Positions 19,114 through 30,312 of a stretch of 64,000 nt of DNA are shown here, in pieces (position 1 is the stretch's first letter; each line of letters begins with the position of its first letter). The position numbers and the translations under genes are program-made. Under the pieces are notes generated by a model that saw only the letters and a list, made by a program, of their open reading frames with translations, was not told the DNA's origin and did not search any database. The stretch covers positions 436,657 through 500,656 of the forward strand of contig NW_013657679.1 of NCBI RefSeq assembly GCF_000142905.1. The letters are read 5' to 3'. The stretch comes from Thecamonas trahens ATCC 50062 (Eukaryota > Protista > Apusomonadida).

Positions 19114-20652
19114 ATGCCCACACTCTGCGTGGCATACATTGATGCCGCGGGTCGCAGCTCCAAGCTGAGGCTGCAGGCCACGCCGTCGGCCACGCCGTCG
19201 GCTCTCGCCGCTAATGCTGCCGCTGCTGCCAACCTTCCAACAGACGGTGCGGTCCTGCTCCACGCTGGCCGTCCGCTCGAGCCAGAGACGCCGCTGCGGC
19301 TGCTAAACTTGCCGACGGGTGCAATCCTGAATCTGCGGGTGGCATCGCGCGAGGCTGCATCGCCGTCGTCGTCGTCACCGCCGCCCATGTCTGCTGCTGG
19401 CGGCCCGCGGGCGTTCGAGGACGCGCTCGCTGCGCTGGCTGCCGAGCGTGATGCGCTCGCCACAGCCAGCGCCTCGCTCGAGCCGCTGACCAAGGCACTG
19501 CAGCTGGTACTCAAGATTGTAGGCAACGTGCTGACCCATCCCGGCGAGGCACGCTACCGCGAGCTCCCGCTCACGTCCAAGGCTTACTCGCTCAAGATCG
19601 CGCCGGTGACAGGAGCGGTGCTTGCGCTGCATGCCGCAGGCTTTGTGCGCAACGACGACGCCGGGTGCCTGCAGCTTCCGGCGACAGCCTCGGATGCGCC
19701 GCTGCGGACAGCACGCGCACTGCTGACCTCGTTCCTTCGCGGCCTCGCATCGCCGCCCGCAGACGCCCCGGCCACGGGCGCTCTGCCTGCGCCACCGGTC
19801 CACACTCGTGACAAGGGCAAGGACGAGGCAGGGGAGAGTGGCGCCGCAGCCGAAAGCACCAGGTCCGGTGTGGCGCCGATGGAAGTTGCAGGCGAAGACG
19901 GCTCGGGTCCGCAGATTGTGCGGATGGCAGCCAATGCGGCGGCCGCAGCCGCGGCCGAGGAAGATCTCGCCGCTGTCCGTTCGATGTCAAGCGAGGACGA
20001 AGCTGCGTGGCAGGCCAAGGTGGCGCGTGCATCGGCCCCTGTCGCGCGCGCGCTGGGCGTGTGGGATCCGGCCAACGGCGCGCCACCCGCGCCGCCGCCG
20101 GCAGATGCCGCGCTGCTGGCAGACGAGTCGGCGCTGTTTGCCGCTGCTGCCCGCGATCTGCGCGACAAGGCCCAGGCACTTGTCAATGCGCCGCTCAAGA
20201 CCCGTGCTCTCCGCGCACGCGAAGAGGAGGCCAAGGCCATGCGCTTTGAGCGCTGCACCATCCGCGTCCGTCTTCCCGATGGCTGGATCGTCCAGGCTTG
20301 CTTTGCTCCGCTCGAGCGCGTTCAGGCCCTCTACGACGCCATTACTGCACTCCTCCAGCCTGAGTCTCCCGCTGCGCAGCAGCTTGTGCTCTACATCACC
20401 CCGCCGCGCACCGTCCTCGATCCGGCGACCACCTTTTACGCCGCCGGCCTCGTGCCCGGCGCACGGGTCTTTGCCGCATCCGGCACCCTCACGCCGACAG
20501 CCAAGGCACTCTCCCCGCCACCGTCGATCTACCCTTCGGCCTCGCCTGTGGCGGCCTCGTCCTCATCAACAGCATCCACCGCACGTGCCGCACCCAAGCC
20601 CAAGCCCAAGGCGAGCGGAAAGAAGAAGAAGCCATCGTGGCTCAAGCTGTAG
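19114..20652 (+). CDS. p97/Cdc48 cofactor with ubiquitin-like, PUB and UBX domains (ASPL/TUG- and UBXN6-like)
   Basis: UBL (LRLLNLPTGAILNL), PUB (KIVGNVLTHPGEARYREL...LHAAGF), UBX (IRVRLPDG..VQACF.P.E, YITPPR, GLVP), C-terminal KPSWLKL. Confidence 0.8.
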   Translation: MPTLCVAYIDAAGRSSKLRLQATPSATPSALAANAAAAANLPTDGAVLLHAGRPLEPETPLRLLNLPTGAILNLRVASREAASPSSSSPPPMSAAGGPRAFEDALAALAAERDALATASASLEPLTKALQLVLKIVGNVLTHPGEARYRELPLTSKAYSLKIAPVTGAVLALHAAGFVRNDDAGCLQLPATASDAPLRTARALLTSFLRGLASPPADAPATGALPAPPVHTRDKGKDEAGESGAAAESTRSGVAPMEVAGEDGSGPQIVRMAANAAAAAAAEEDLAAVRSMSSEDEAAWQAKVARASAPVARALGVWDPANGAPPAPPPADAALLADESALFAAAARDLRDKAQALVNAPLKTRALRAREEEAKAMRFERCTIRVRLPDGWIVQACFAPLERVQALYDAITALLQPESPAAQQLVLYITPPRTVLDPATTFYAAGLVPGARVFAASGTLTPTAKALSPPPSIYPSASPVAASSSSTASTARAAPKPKPKASGKKKKPSWLKL

Positions 20653-20740
20653 CCCCCCTCCCGGACGAGTCGATGACAGGTTGAACACGTCATACCCCCC
20701 CCCCCCCCCCTTTCCCCCTACCGCCACACACTTGACTGGC

Positions 20741-21523
20741 ATGGCTTCCATCAACAACAGAGAGACGCTGGTACAGGTGGCTGGCGACCGGGCGGCGGTG
20801 GTCGAGGGCGTGCGTGGCTGGCTTGCGCAGGCGGCTCAGAAGGCAACAGCGGCCGGACGGCCGTTCCATGTGGCCGTCTCGGGCGGCGGGCAGCCTGCGC
20901 TGCTGGCCGAGGTGGTGGCGAGCGGTGGCGATACGCTGGCGCTCGACGACTGGCAGGTCTGGCTGGTTGATGAGCGAGTGGTGACAACCGAGTCGGAGCA
21001 CTCGACGGCGGCGGGTCTTGCCGATCTGCTCGCCGCCCTCCCACCCGGCGCCGGGCACATGCTCGACCCGACGGTGGTCAGGGCCGCCATAAGCGCAGAC
21101 TACGCACCCGAGACCCTCGCCGCGGTGGCAGCCAGCTACGCGGCGGCCATCGAGGCGGCACTCCCGGCGACCGACGGCGTGCCGGTCTTTGACGCTATCC
21201 TCCTCGGTCTCGGCCCCGACGGCCACACCGCGAGCCTCTTCCCTGACTCGACGCTACTCGCCGATCCGGCGCCACCGATCGTGCAGTACACCGATTGCTC
21301 GCCCAAGCCGCCGCCGCAGCGCGTGACTCTCTCGCTCCCAGTCATCAACGCTGCCGCGGCTGTGTGCTTCATCGCCACCGGCGCGTCCAAGGCCGACGTC
21401 CTGCCGACGCTTGTCGGCACCTCCAAGCTCCCGCCGTCGCCAGCGCTGCCAGCATCGCTCGTCGCCCCGCCAGCCGGGCTCACCTGGTTCGTCGACGAGC
21501 CGGCTGCAGCAAGGCTTGTGTAA
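20741..21523 (+). CDS. PGLS: 6-phosphogluconolactonase
   Basis: AVSGG, VDERVV, FDAILLGLGPDGHTASLFP, SPKPPPQRVTLSLPVIN, ATGASKA, WFVD. Confidence 0.92.
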   Translation: MASINNRETLVQVAGDRAAVVEGVRGWLAQAAQKATAAGRPFHVAVSGGGQPALLAEVVASGGDTLALDDWQVWLVDERVVTTESEHSTAAGLADLLAALPPGAGHMLDPTVVRAAISADYAPETLAAVAASYAAAIEAALPATDGVPVFDAILLGLGPDGHTASLFPDSTLLADPAPPIVQYTDCSPKPPPQRVTLSLPVINAAAAVCFIATGASKADVLPTLVGTSKLPPSPALPASLVAPPAGLTWFVDEPAAARLV

Positions 21524-21733
21524 GGTGAGCGTATGTGTCACGGCGCACATAGGGAAAATATTTTTATCGCTTCCACCCACACGCGCATCAGCCCAATCCA
21601 ATCCTATCCTTCGCACCTTCACGAAGCTTCCTGAAGCCGAGCATGTTAAAAGGTGACGAATTTGGGTGCAGGTCGTCACGACAAGAGGCAGGTCACAACC
21701 AGTGTGCAGTACTCAATACCGTTGGCAACACAG

Positions 21734-22774
21734 ATGGGTAAGGACTACTATGCTATTCTCGGCGTCGGGCGCGACGCCGATGACAACGCGCTCAAAAAGG
21801 CGTACCGCAAGCTCGCCCGCAAGTGGCACCCAGACCGACCTAATGGGGATAAGGTCAAGTTCCAGGAGGCGTCAACGGCCTTTGAGGTGCTCTCAGATCC
21901 CAAGACGCGTCAGATCTACGATGCGTACGGCGAGGACGGTCTCAAGCACGGCGTGCCCGGGCCGTCGGCCGGTGGCGGCGGCGGCGGCATGCCTGGCGGC
22001 TTTGGCGGCATGCCCGGCGGCTTTTCGTTCTCGATGGGCGGCAACGGCGGCGGTGGCTTCCAGCCCACTGACGCCGAGGAGCTCTTCCGCCGGATGTTTG
22101 GCGGCGGCGGGCTCGAGGAGATGTTCGGTGGCATGGGTGGGATGGGCGGGATGGGCGGCGGATCGCGGTCAAGCTCGCGCCGCGGCTCGGCCCGCTCTCA
22201 GGGCCCGCCGCAAAAGGCGCCGACCATTGTCCGCGACCTGCCATGCTCGCTCGAGGAGCTGTACAGCGGCAAGACCAAGAAGCTCAAGATCACACGCAAG
22301 ATCATCGACGGCTCTGGCGGCCGGCGCGACGAGTCCAAGGTCCTCAACATCGACGTCAAGCCGGGATGGAAGGCCGGAACCAAGGTGACGTTCCCGGAGA
22401 GTGGCGACGTCCGTCCGGGCGTTGTTCCCGCTGACGTCCAGTTTGTGGTTCGTGAGAAGCCGCACTCGACGTTTAAGCGGGTTGGCGACTGCCTCGAGAC
22501 CACTGTCCGCGTTCCGCTCGCCGCCGCGCTCACCAAGTCGGCCCGCTTCTCGCTCGAGACCCTCGACGGCCGCACCATCACCATCGAGCCCGAGTCGGTC
22601 ATCACACCCAACACCCGCCACCGGGTCGCCGGCGAAGGCATGCCGCGCCGCGCAAAGGACGGCCCGCGCAAGGGCGACCTCATCGTCAAGTTTGACGTCG
22701 ACTTTCCCACCGCAAGGCTCGAGTCGCTGAGCGAGGCGCAGCGGAACCAGCTGATGGCTCTGCTACGCCCGTAG
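21734..22774 (+). CDS. DnaJ/Hsp40 class B (Sis1/DNAJB-like)
   Basis: J domain MGKDYY...KWHPD, G/F-rich linker, C-terminal domain with CSLEELY.G..KK.KI.R and KPGWKAGTK.TF. Confidence 0.95.
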   Translation: MGKDYYAILGVGRDADDNALKKAYRKLARKWHPDRPNGDKVKFQEASTAFEVLSDPKTRQIYDAYGEDGLKHGVPGPSAGGGGGGMPGGFGGMPGGFSFSMGGNGGGGFQPTDAEELFRRMFGGGGLEEMFGGMGGMGGMGGGSRSSSRRGSARSQGPPQKAPTIVRDLPCSLEELYSGKTKKLKITRKIIDGSGGRRDESKVLNIDVKPGWKAGTKVTFPESGDVRPGVVPADVQFVVREKPHSTFKRVGDCLETTVRVPLAAALTKSARFSLETLDGRTITIEPESVITPNTRHRVAGEGMPRRAKDGPRKGDLIVKFDVDFPTARLESLSEAQRNQLMALLRP

Positions 22775-22784
22775 CCGCATCCTG

Positions 22785-24420
22785 TCATGTCGTCCGCGTC
22801 GTCGGTTCCACCACGACCTTGTCCAGTTGCCGTGCCTTCTTGGACTCGCGCGCATCGTCGCTCGGCTCTAGAGCGTCGGGCTTGGGTAGCGCCCGCTTGC
22901 GTGAGAGCGGCGGCGCCGAGGCGCCGGCGTCAGGCACATGCCGCTTAATCCACGGATGCGTGTAGATGGATCGGAGCGGGAGCCGCTTCCGCGGGTCGAG
23001 AGTGAGTAGCGCCTTGACAAGGTCGATAGCGTCGGGCGAGATGGTGGCCCAGACGGCGGCCTCGAACGAGATCATGCCTTGGGTGATCTGGGTGTAGATG
23101 GGAATCTTGCGCTCTTCGTAAAACGGCGGAATGCCCGAGAGAACAATGTAGAGGATGACACCCATGGACCAGACGTCGATGGAGGCGTCGTAGCCCGACG
23201 CCGAGGCCTGCGAGACAATGACCTCGGGCGCCAGATACTGCGGCGTGCCACAGAGCGTGGTCATGACCTCGGTCGCACCGAGGATGCGGGCAAGCCCAAA
23301 GTCGGTGAGCTTGATGGAAGCATCGTCGTCGGTGCTCTCAAATAGAATGTTCTCCGGCTTGAGGTCGCGGTGGACAATGCCGACCGAGTGCAGATACGCC
23401 ACCGCGTCGGTGAGCTGGACCATGAGCGACGCCGACGATGCCTCGGTCAGCCGCCCGCGCTCGATGATGCGGTCAAAGAGCTCGCCGCCGGTGACAAGCT
23501 CTAGGACCAGGTACAGGTACCGCTCGGTCTTGAACGAGTCGATGATTCGCACAATGCCCTTGTGCGAGATGGCCTGCAGCACTTTGACCTCGTCCATGAG
23601 CGACTCCTGTCGCAGATGCTTGTTGAGTCGGAACTTGTGAATGTCGATGATCTTGACCGCCACTTGCTCGCCCGATGCCAGGTCGTAGCCGAGCTTGACT
23701 TGCGCAAACGCGCCCGAGCCGAGCGTGTGCCGCAGCGCGTAGCGCGAACCGATAGTCTCTGACACTTCGGGATCGAGCGAGCCGGTCCCGAGTGTTGCGT
23801 CGGCCGAGAGGTCCTGGTAAAGATACGCCACGCACGCGTTTGAGTCGGCCATGTTGCTTCCCTTGGTGGTGATGACCAGCGAGACCTCATCGTTGTTGGC
23901 GAGCACAACCCGTCGGCCGCGTCCGATCTTGCGCCCATTGACGTACGTCCCGTTGGACGAGAGGTCCGTGAGAAAGACAACACGCGTCGTCGAGTTGGGC
24001 GCTTCGCTCCGCTCCAGCTTGCAGTGCTTGCCCGAGACCCGGATGTCGGTGAACCGGAGGCCCGGCGACGAATGGCGCCCGCGGCCCATGAGGTACTCGT
24101 CCTCGACCAGGTCCACGTTGGCGTGGCTGGACGAGAGCGACACCAGCCTTCCCCATGGCACTGCTCGGTCGGCGCCTCTTCCGTCTCGACGTCCTGTTCC
24201 ACCGCATCTGGGTCAGTAACTGCGACACCGCCCGGTCTACGACCTTTTCCGGCCAGGATCACGTCCCGCCGACCACGAGCCCCACCCCCGCCGACCCACC
24301 CCGCCCCGCTCCCCTCTCTCCTTGACGACCTACCTCTGCAAGCGAAAACTCATCCACCTGTGTGTTCTGTGTTGGGTCAAATCCCGCGTCATCCTGTGAC
24401 GGCTCTACCACCCGCGCCAT
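22785..24420 (-). CDS. CHEK2: Checkpoint kinase Chk2/Cds1-like (SQ/TQ cluster, FHA, kinase). Exon 1 24334..24420; probable intron 24194..24333; frame problem near 24164
   Basis: Exon 1 encodes EPSQ...PTQNTQ; FHA motifs GR, VSGKHC, DLSSNGTYVN; kinase motifs LGSGAF, VAVK, HRDLKPEN, DFG, CGTPQYLAPE. Intron GTAGGT...TACTGAC...AACAG. Confidence 0.85.
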
Positions 24421-24494
24421 CTCGTCAGTCGCGGTGGGTTGGGTGGGGTGAAGTGTGGCGAGGCTTGCGCAGGACGTGGCTTTTATCCTCGCCA

Positions 24495-26008
24495 TCAGAG
24501 CCACTGCTGGAGCTGAGCGGCGATGGCCAGCCGGGCTGCGACGATAGGCTGCTGATCCGTAGGGAGCGGCGGGTGGGTCCAGAAGTGGTGCGAGGCGCCC
24601 GGGACATAGATGGCGGGCATGCCGTTGACCGGCTTGTTGATGGAGAGGGCGTGCCACGGATCGATGGCGCCGTTGACCCAGAGGATGTTGGATGAGTGCG
24701 GGTTCCAGCCTCCGGTGCGGGCGTTGGAGGCGTTGGCAGCGGCGTAGGTCTCGGCCGGCGAGACACCAAAGGCCTGCTTGCACTGGACGAGGTACGACTC
24801 GATGTCGTTGAGATGGGGCGACGAGACCGAGATGCAGTCCGAGTCCGGGTTGCACACCTGGTAGTAGCCGTACTCGGTGCAGGTCTGCCAGGTCCACGAG
24901 CGCATGATGGCGTTGACCGAGTTCGGGTCCGGGTGAGTATCCATGAGCGCAGCCATTTCGCCGGTGTACGAGACGTTGAGGCACTGACCGGCGTTCGCGA
25001 TGGCGTTGATGCTCGCGATGGCATCGTAAGGCTTGCCGCCAGACTTGACGACCTGCAGCGCGGTGCTGCAGACAGAAGCAATGTCGCAGACCGGGGTAGT
25101 GCACGCCGGGTCGTTCTCCTGGACTGGGAGCAGGCCGCCGAGCGACTCGGTGAAGACGACCCAGTTGGCCTTGTCGTCGAGCGACGACGCAGCTCCCGAG
25201 CAGACGCCAAACTCCGAGGCGAGCTGGGCGCGCTGGGCTGCCGAGCCGGCAAGCATCTCGCCGACGGCAGCATAGCCCGCCTTGAGCACATCGACGCACT
25301 CGGCCGAGCCGCCGACGATGGGCGCAGCCATCGAGGCGGCGACGACGTCGAGGTAGCCGGTAAACTCGACCTGGGCCTGGACCGGCGCCGACGACGCGAC
25401 CGAGGCGTGGATAAGCTCCGGGTAGAAGAGACGCGACCAGGCAGCCATCATGCCCGGATACGAGCCGCCAAAGGTGACCCACTTGTTGGCGCTAGTGAGG
25501 CCAAACTTGGTCGAGGCATACTTGACAAAGCTCGCCATGTCCGCAAGCGCCTGCGGCGTGGTGAGGAGCTTGAGCGAGTCGACCGAGAGATCCGGCCGCG
25601 GCATCGACGCGCCATAGAACCGGTGCTCGAGGGCGAGGATGAGCGCCGAGTGGTTGCGGGCGAGGACCTCGACCATGAACCCGCAGTGGTACGAGCCGGT
25701 GATGGCGACCGCGTCGTAGAGCGGCGTCTCGCCGCCCATGCAGAGGAAGACCGGGCCTGTCCCGTCAAAGAACGTGTCGTTGACGTAGTACCGCTGTGCG
25801 TACGTTCCGGCGTCTGGGTTGTTGTGGTCCACAAGCTGGTCCGTGAAGAACTTGGCGTTGCCCGACGGCGGCGGGGGCCGTCGCCGAGCCCGGCCGCCGC
25901 AGCCTTGGCCTTGACCGCCCGCGCCACGCTCACCAGCGACCCGTGGGCCACCGTGGCGAGGACCGCCATAGCAAGGAGTGCAACAAGAGTAGCGCTGCCC
26001 GTCTTCAT
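24495..26008 (-). CDS. Serine peptidase family S28 (lysosomal Pro-X carboxypeptidase/PRSS16-like), one-base frameshift at ~25875
   Basis: Signal peptide MKTGSATLVALLAMAVLATVAHG in one frame; FFTDQLVDH, LEHRFYG, GGSYPG, WTWQTCTEYG, NGAIDPW, GASH in the other. Confidence 0.9.
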
Positions 26009-26070
26009 CTGTGGTTCCGAGATGGACGAGTGTGGCAGCTGTGTGGACAGCAGCGAGGTCCGAGCGCGAC

Positions 26071-26078
26071 CACGTGAC
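26071..26078 (-). promoter_or_regulatory. E-box/CLEAR-like GTCACGTG, 62 bp upstream of the S28 ATG
   Basis: Motif seen within a 111-bp intergenic gap. Function is inferred. Confidence 0.4.
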
Positions 26079-26119
26079 TCGGCCAAGAGTGGCTGTTTGA
26101 ACTCGTACAAATTGGGGCT

Positions 26120-27280
26120 TTACAACATCGACGGGGCAGACGAGGCGTGGGCGTCGTGAGTAGAGTCGTCGTCGACGGAGAGATCGAGCGGCTTGCAGAG
26201 GTGGTCGACGACGATGGTGGTGAGGAGCTCGTTGCCGCCGTACTCGGCAATAGTGTCGAGGATCGAGTCTCGGATCTTGTTGAGTACCTTTTCGGCGTAG
26301 ACAAACGAGCCGACAGAGTGCATGTAGCGGACGGCGTAGCGCTTGACCTCGGGGTCGGTCGTCCGCTGGCGGATAATGTTGATCAGCCGTGAGTCGTTGG
26401 GCCGAGCACGGATGGCGTGGATGACCGGGAACGAGAACTTGCCCTCGGTCAGGTCGTCGCAGAAGCCCTTGAGACCCTGCATGCGCTTGTCGGTCAGGTT
26501 GAGCACGTCATCGCGAATCTGGTAGTGGAGCGCGATGAGGTTGGCGAGCGGGACAAGATCGACCACCTCGTCCTTTTGCGCAAAGAGGGTGAGGAGCTTG
26601 GACGAGAGGCGGGTCAGCCCGCCGGTCTTGTCCAGCACCGCCCGCTGGTACTCTTCCTCGGTCGGGCACTCGACGTTGTCACGCCAAACCAGCTCGAGGC
26701 CCTGTCCACGGTGCAGCTGCAGCATCTCTTCGAGACAGACCGAGAGCGCGTCGGGGTGGCCGAGCGCCGCCACCTTCTCCATCGCGAGCATGTACACGTA
26801 GTTGGCCGAGTTGATCACCTGCGCCACGCCGTAGACCTTGTGGGCACACGGGACTCCACGGCGGAGCTCGGACCCATCCTGCACGTCGTCGATGAGCAGC
26901 GACGCGTTGTGCAGCATCTCCACAACCTCGGATATCTTGCGGACCTGCTCGTCTGGCACTTCCAGCCAGTGGTTGAACGCCTTGATCAGCATCGACCGCA
27001 CGCCCTTGCCCGGCACGTCGGCGATGTAGCAGAACGGCTCGAGCAGCAGCGACTCCATGTTGGCCGGCGGCTTGGGATTCCGCAAGATGCGAAAGTACGA
27101 CGCCGGCGACTCGAGCGGCGTCGTCGATGGGCGAAACAGCGGTGCGTCGCTCCTCTGCGCTTCGCTTGCCACGCCTCCACCTTCCGAGCTCGGCTTCTTC
27201 TCCTCGCTCGCCGAGGCCTCCAGCCCACCGGTGCGGATGTTCATGCCGGTCTTTTTGTATTTAGCCTCGTCAGCGCTCAT
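26120..27280 (-). CDS. GGPS1: Geranylgeranyl diphosphate synthase (type III)
   Basis: PGKGVR, LHNASLLIDDVQDGSELRRG, LHRGQG, KTGGL, YQIRDD, DDLTEGKFSFP. Alternative start at 27058 (MESLLLEP). Confidence 0.93.
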   Translation of the reverse strand: MSADEAKYKKTGMNIRTGGLEASASEEKKPSSEGGGVASEAQRSDAPLFRPSTTPLESPASYFRILRNPKPPANMESLLLEPFCYIADVPGKGVRSMLIKAFNHWLEVPDEQVRKISEVVEMLHNASLLIDDVQDGSELRRGVPCAHKVYGVAQVINSANYVYMLAMEKVAALGHPDALSVCLEEMLQLHRGQGLELVWRDNVECPTEEEYQRAVLDKTGGLTRLSSKLLTLFAQKDEVVDLVPLANLIALHYQIRDDVLNLTDKRMQGLKGFCDDLTEGKFSFPVIHAIRARPNDSRLINIIRQRTTDPEVKRYAVRYMHSVGSFVYAEKVLNKIRDSILDTIAEYGGNELLTTIVVDHLCKPLDLSVDDDSTHDAHASSAPSML

Positions 27281-27660
27281 ATTCTCCACAACAACTTTCC
27301 TCTATAGGTGATAGTGGTGGTGGGGAGAGGGGAAGGAGGGGAGAGGGTCGAGTGCGAGTCTGTGTCTGTGAGCGAGTGCTCAAAGCGGCGGCAGTGTGTT
27401 CCGACGAGTCACGGCTGGCTGGCTGGCCGATCGGTGGCTGGCCGACTGTTCGCCATTGCCATTGTTCACTGGTCATTTCTGCCGTGGCCGCCTTGGCCTC
27501 TCTCTCACCGGTCTCATTCTCCGCCACCGCACCCTGCACCCCACCCACCCCCTGCACCCCACCCCACCCATCCCCTCCACCCATCCCACTCTCACTCCTA
27601 CTCCACTCCTCCACTCCACGCGACGCTCTTCTTCCCCGGGCACGCGTGCTGTTACCCACC

Positions 27661-29861
27661 ATGAGCGAGGTCGAGCAGGCCGGACAGGCTGGGCACGAAT
27701 CAGTCGGCGACGGTCGTCTGAGTGACGTGAGCGTCACGGGCAAAACAGACGCGCTTGGCGGCCGTAGCGGGGCTGCAAACGACGGTACGGCTGACAACAT
27801 GCATGCCACCAAGGATGCCAGCCAAGAATGGGGCTCGCTCGACGAGCTGCGCGACGACGAGCTGCGGGCGGCAGTGGCCGAGGCGAGGGCCCGGGCCGAC
27901 GAGCGCGGCCACCTCGTCAGGGTTCAGCGGGCAGTGCTGGCGGACAAGGATGCGGCCATCACGGCACTGGAGGGTGAGGTTGAGGCTCTGCTCGCCTCGC
28001 ATCAGCGGACTCAGGCCGAAAAGTACGAGACCATTGCTCGGATCCGCAAGGAGGCCGCCGCCGAGGCCGATCGCGCCGCCGAGACGATCCGCCTGCTCGA
28101 GTCGCGGTCGGCGGCCGGCGCGAGTGCGGGCGGCTCGACAAGTCACGGCTCGGTCGCTGCACCGTCGCCGCGCGGTGATGAGAGCGAGGATATTGAGGCT
28201 GCTAACGCTCGACTGTCCAAAGCTGTCAAGTCGCTCGAGCATGACAAGACAATGCTTCGCCGCCGGCTCGCCGCCTACGCCCGCGACATCAAAGCGTACA
28301 AGAGCCAGCTCCGCGACGCCTCGCGCGTCATTGTCGAACTGGGCGGCGACGCGCTCGATTTGCGCTCGGGTGAGTCGGGGCTGAGCGCGGTTGCGCTGGG
28401 CAGCGACGGCGAGAGCGAGAGTGTGTCGACGCTGCCTGCGGCGGCTGCTTCGGGCGGCACGGCAGCGAGCAGGCCCGACAAGAGGCGCCACAAGCGCCGC
28501 AAGGTTCCGGCCCGCAAGCGCGGCAGCCGCAAGCACGCAAACCGCAAATCCAAGTGCTCAGGCGAGGCGCCGCAAGGTCGGCGGCGGAAGAAGAAGCGCA
28601 AGCTGCGGAGGGTCAAGGTCAAGGTCGACGAGGAGACGGGCAAGGCGGGCAAGACAGACAGGGCAGACAAGGCTAGCCCAAGGAAAGATTCGAGCGAAAC
28701 TGCAGCCAAAACCGAAGCTGTGGGCTCGGAATCGGGTTCGGGTTCGACGCCTGCGTCGTCGCCAGCGGCCGACTACGTTCCCAAGTCGCCGCCAGTCGCT
28801 AGCACGGCAGGTTCAGACGCGACCGGCGGCGGATCGGCGAGCTCGAGTGGCGAGTACGAGTACGAGAGCGACGACGACGGTGACGAGTCTGATGAGTCCA
28901 GCTACGAGGAGCTCTCGTCGTCGTCGTACTTGCGGGCCAAGTTTCCGCAGGAGGAGAACGTGTTTGTACTCACGGCCAAGTACATTTTCCGATCGCGGCT
29001 GTACACCGGCGACGATACGGTGCTGTACCTCGCGTCGCCGCGCGACGAGCCGAACCTGCGTGTGGTCATCAAGATCTTTGACGACGACCGGTGGAGCGAG
29101 CGCAAGCTTCCCAAGTCTGTGGGTATTCTCAAACACCTTGGCCGACACCCCAACATTGTCGAGGTGCTGGCGTGGTACACGCTACCCAAGACTAGCTGCT
29201 ACGTCATTGTGGTGCCGTTTATCCAGGACACGGTTGTCGACGGCAAGTCGTCGTCGTCTGTCATTCGGGCGTACATGTTCCATCTCTTGGTGGCGCTTGC
29301 CCACTGCCACGAGCGCGGTGTCGTGTACCGCGACGTCAAGCCAGACAACATTCTGTTCGACGCGGCGTCCAAGCGGGCGATTCTCATTGACTACGATTGC
29401 GCCACAGTTTACTCTGCGCACCGGCCGCCGACCTCGTACACCGGGACCGAAGGCTACATGGCGCCCGAGATCCGCTCGCGCAAGGCGCGTAAGGCCGGCT
29501 ACTCGTTTGCCGTCGATGTTTACTCGGCTGGCGTCGTCTTTTCGAGCTCCTTTTCAAGGTCCCGTCGTCGCTGCGGTCCGAGCTCTCGCACTCGCGCATC
29601 ATGCGGCAGATCGAGAGCCTGCCCAAGTCGATGCGGAGCAAGCCGCGCATGCAGCTGCTCGAATCCATGCTGAAAGTCAAGCCCGCCAACCGCATCACGG
29701 CTGCCGACGCCATCCGACACAAGTACTTTGGCTCGATGGCCAAGAAGGCTCTCGCCGCTGCCCGCAAGGCTGCCCGCGCCCGGCCGTCGTCGGCCTCGGC
29801 CTCGGCCTCATCGGACGGTGACGGCGAAGATCGCAAGTCCAAGCGGTGCAAGGTCCAGTAG
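27661..29861 (+). CDS. Coiled-coil plus divergent Ser/Thr kinase, one-base frameshift at ~29540
   Basis: VVIK, YRDVKPDN, DYD, GTEGYMAPE, DVYSAG; subdomain XI (LLESMLKVKPANRITAADAIRHKYF) lies in the shifted frame. Confidence 0.8.
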
Positions 29862-30072
29862 TAACTATTGAATGCCATGTGAAGAAAGCAGGTCTCTGGT
29901 GACTTGGCTGCCATGGTTGTACCTGCAGCCTCTGCCGCCTGCTGCGAGTAAGGTCAAAGTGAGCCCGGGTCTAGCCCCCCCCCCCCCCCCCTCCTCCCCG
30001 CTCACACACACACACACGTCCCGCCCGCCCCACACTCCACTCGACTCCCACTGTGCCGGTGACACAGACAGG

Positions 30073-30280
30073 ATGGGTGCGCGCGAGTCACGGACGCCAA
30101 CGCCTCCGGAGAATGTGCAGATGTCACTGCGCATTACCAACAACCTTGTCGAGGCCCTGCTGAACGCAGAGGGCGTGGCCGTGCCGGGTGGCGGCGTCGG
30201 CCGGGCGCGTCAGCAGCAGCAGGCCACGGCAGCCAAGGCCTCTGGAGCCAGTGGAGGCGGACCGAGGGCTTCCAGCAACA

Positions 30281-30312
<32 letters not shown>

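Noticed and set aside
21518-21733. Possible PGLS-DnaJ spliced fusion
   Set aside because: The consensus-like donors either follow the stop codon or join out of frame, and both proteins are complete alone.
25873-29542. Pseudogene calls for S28 and the kinase
   Set aside because: Single-base defects in homopolymer runs with otherwise intact frames point to sequencing error.
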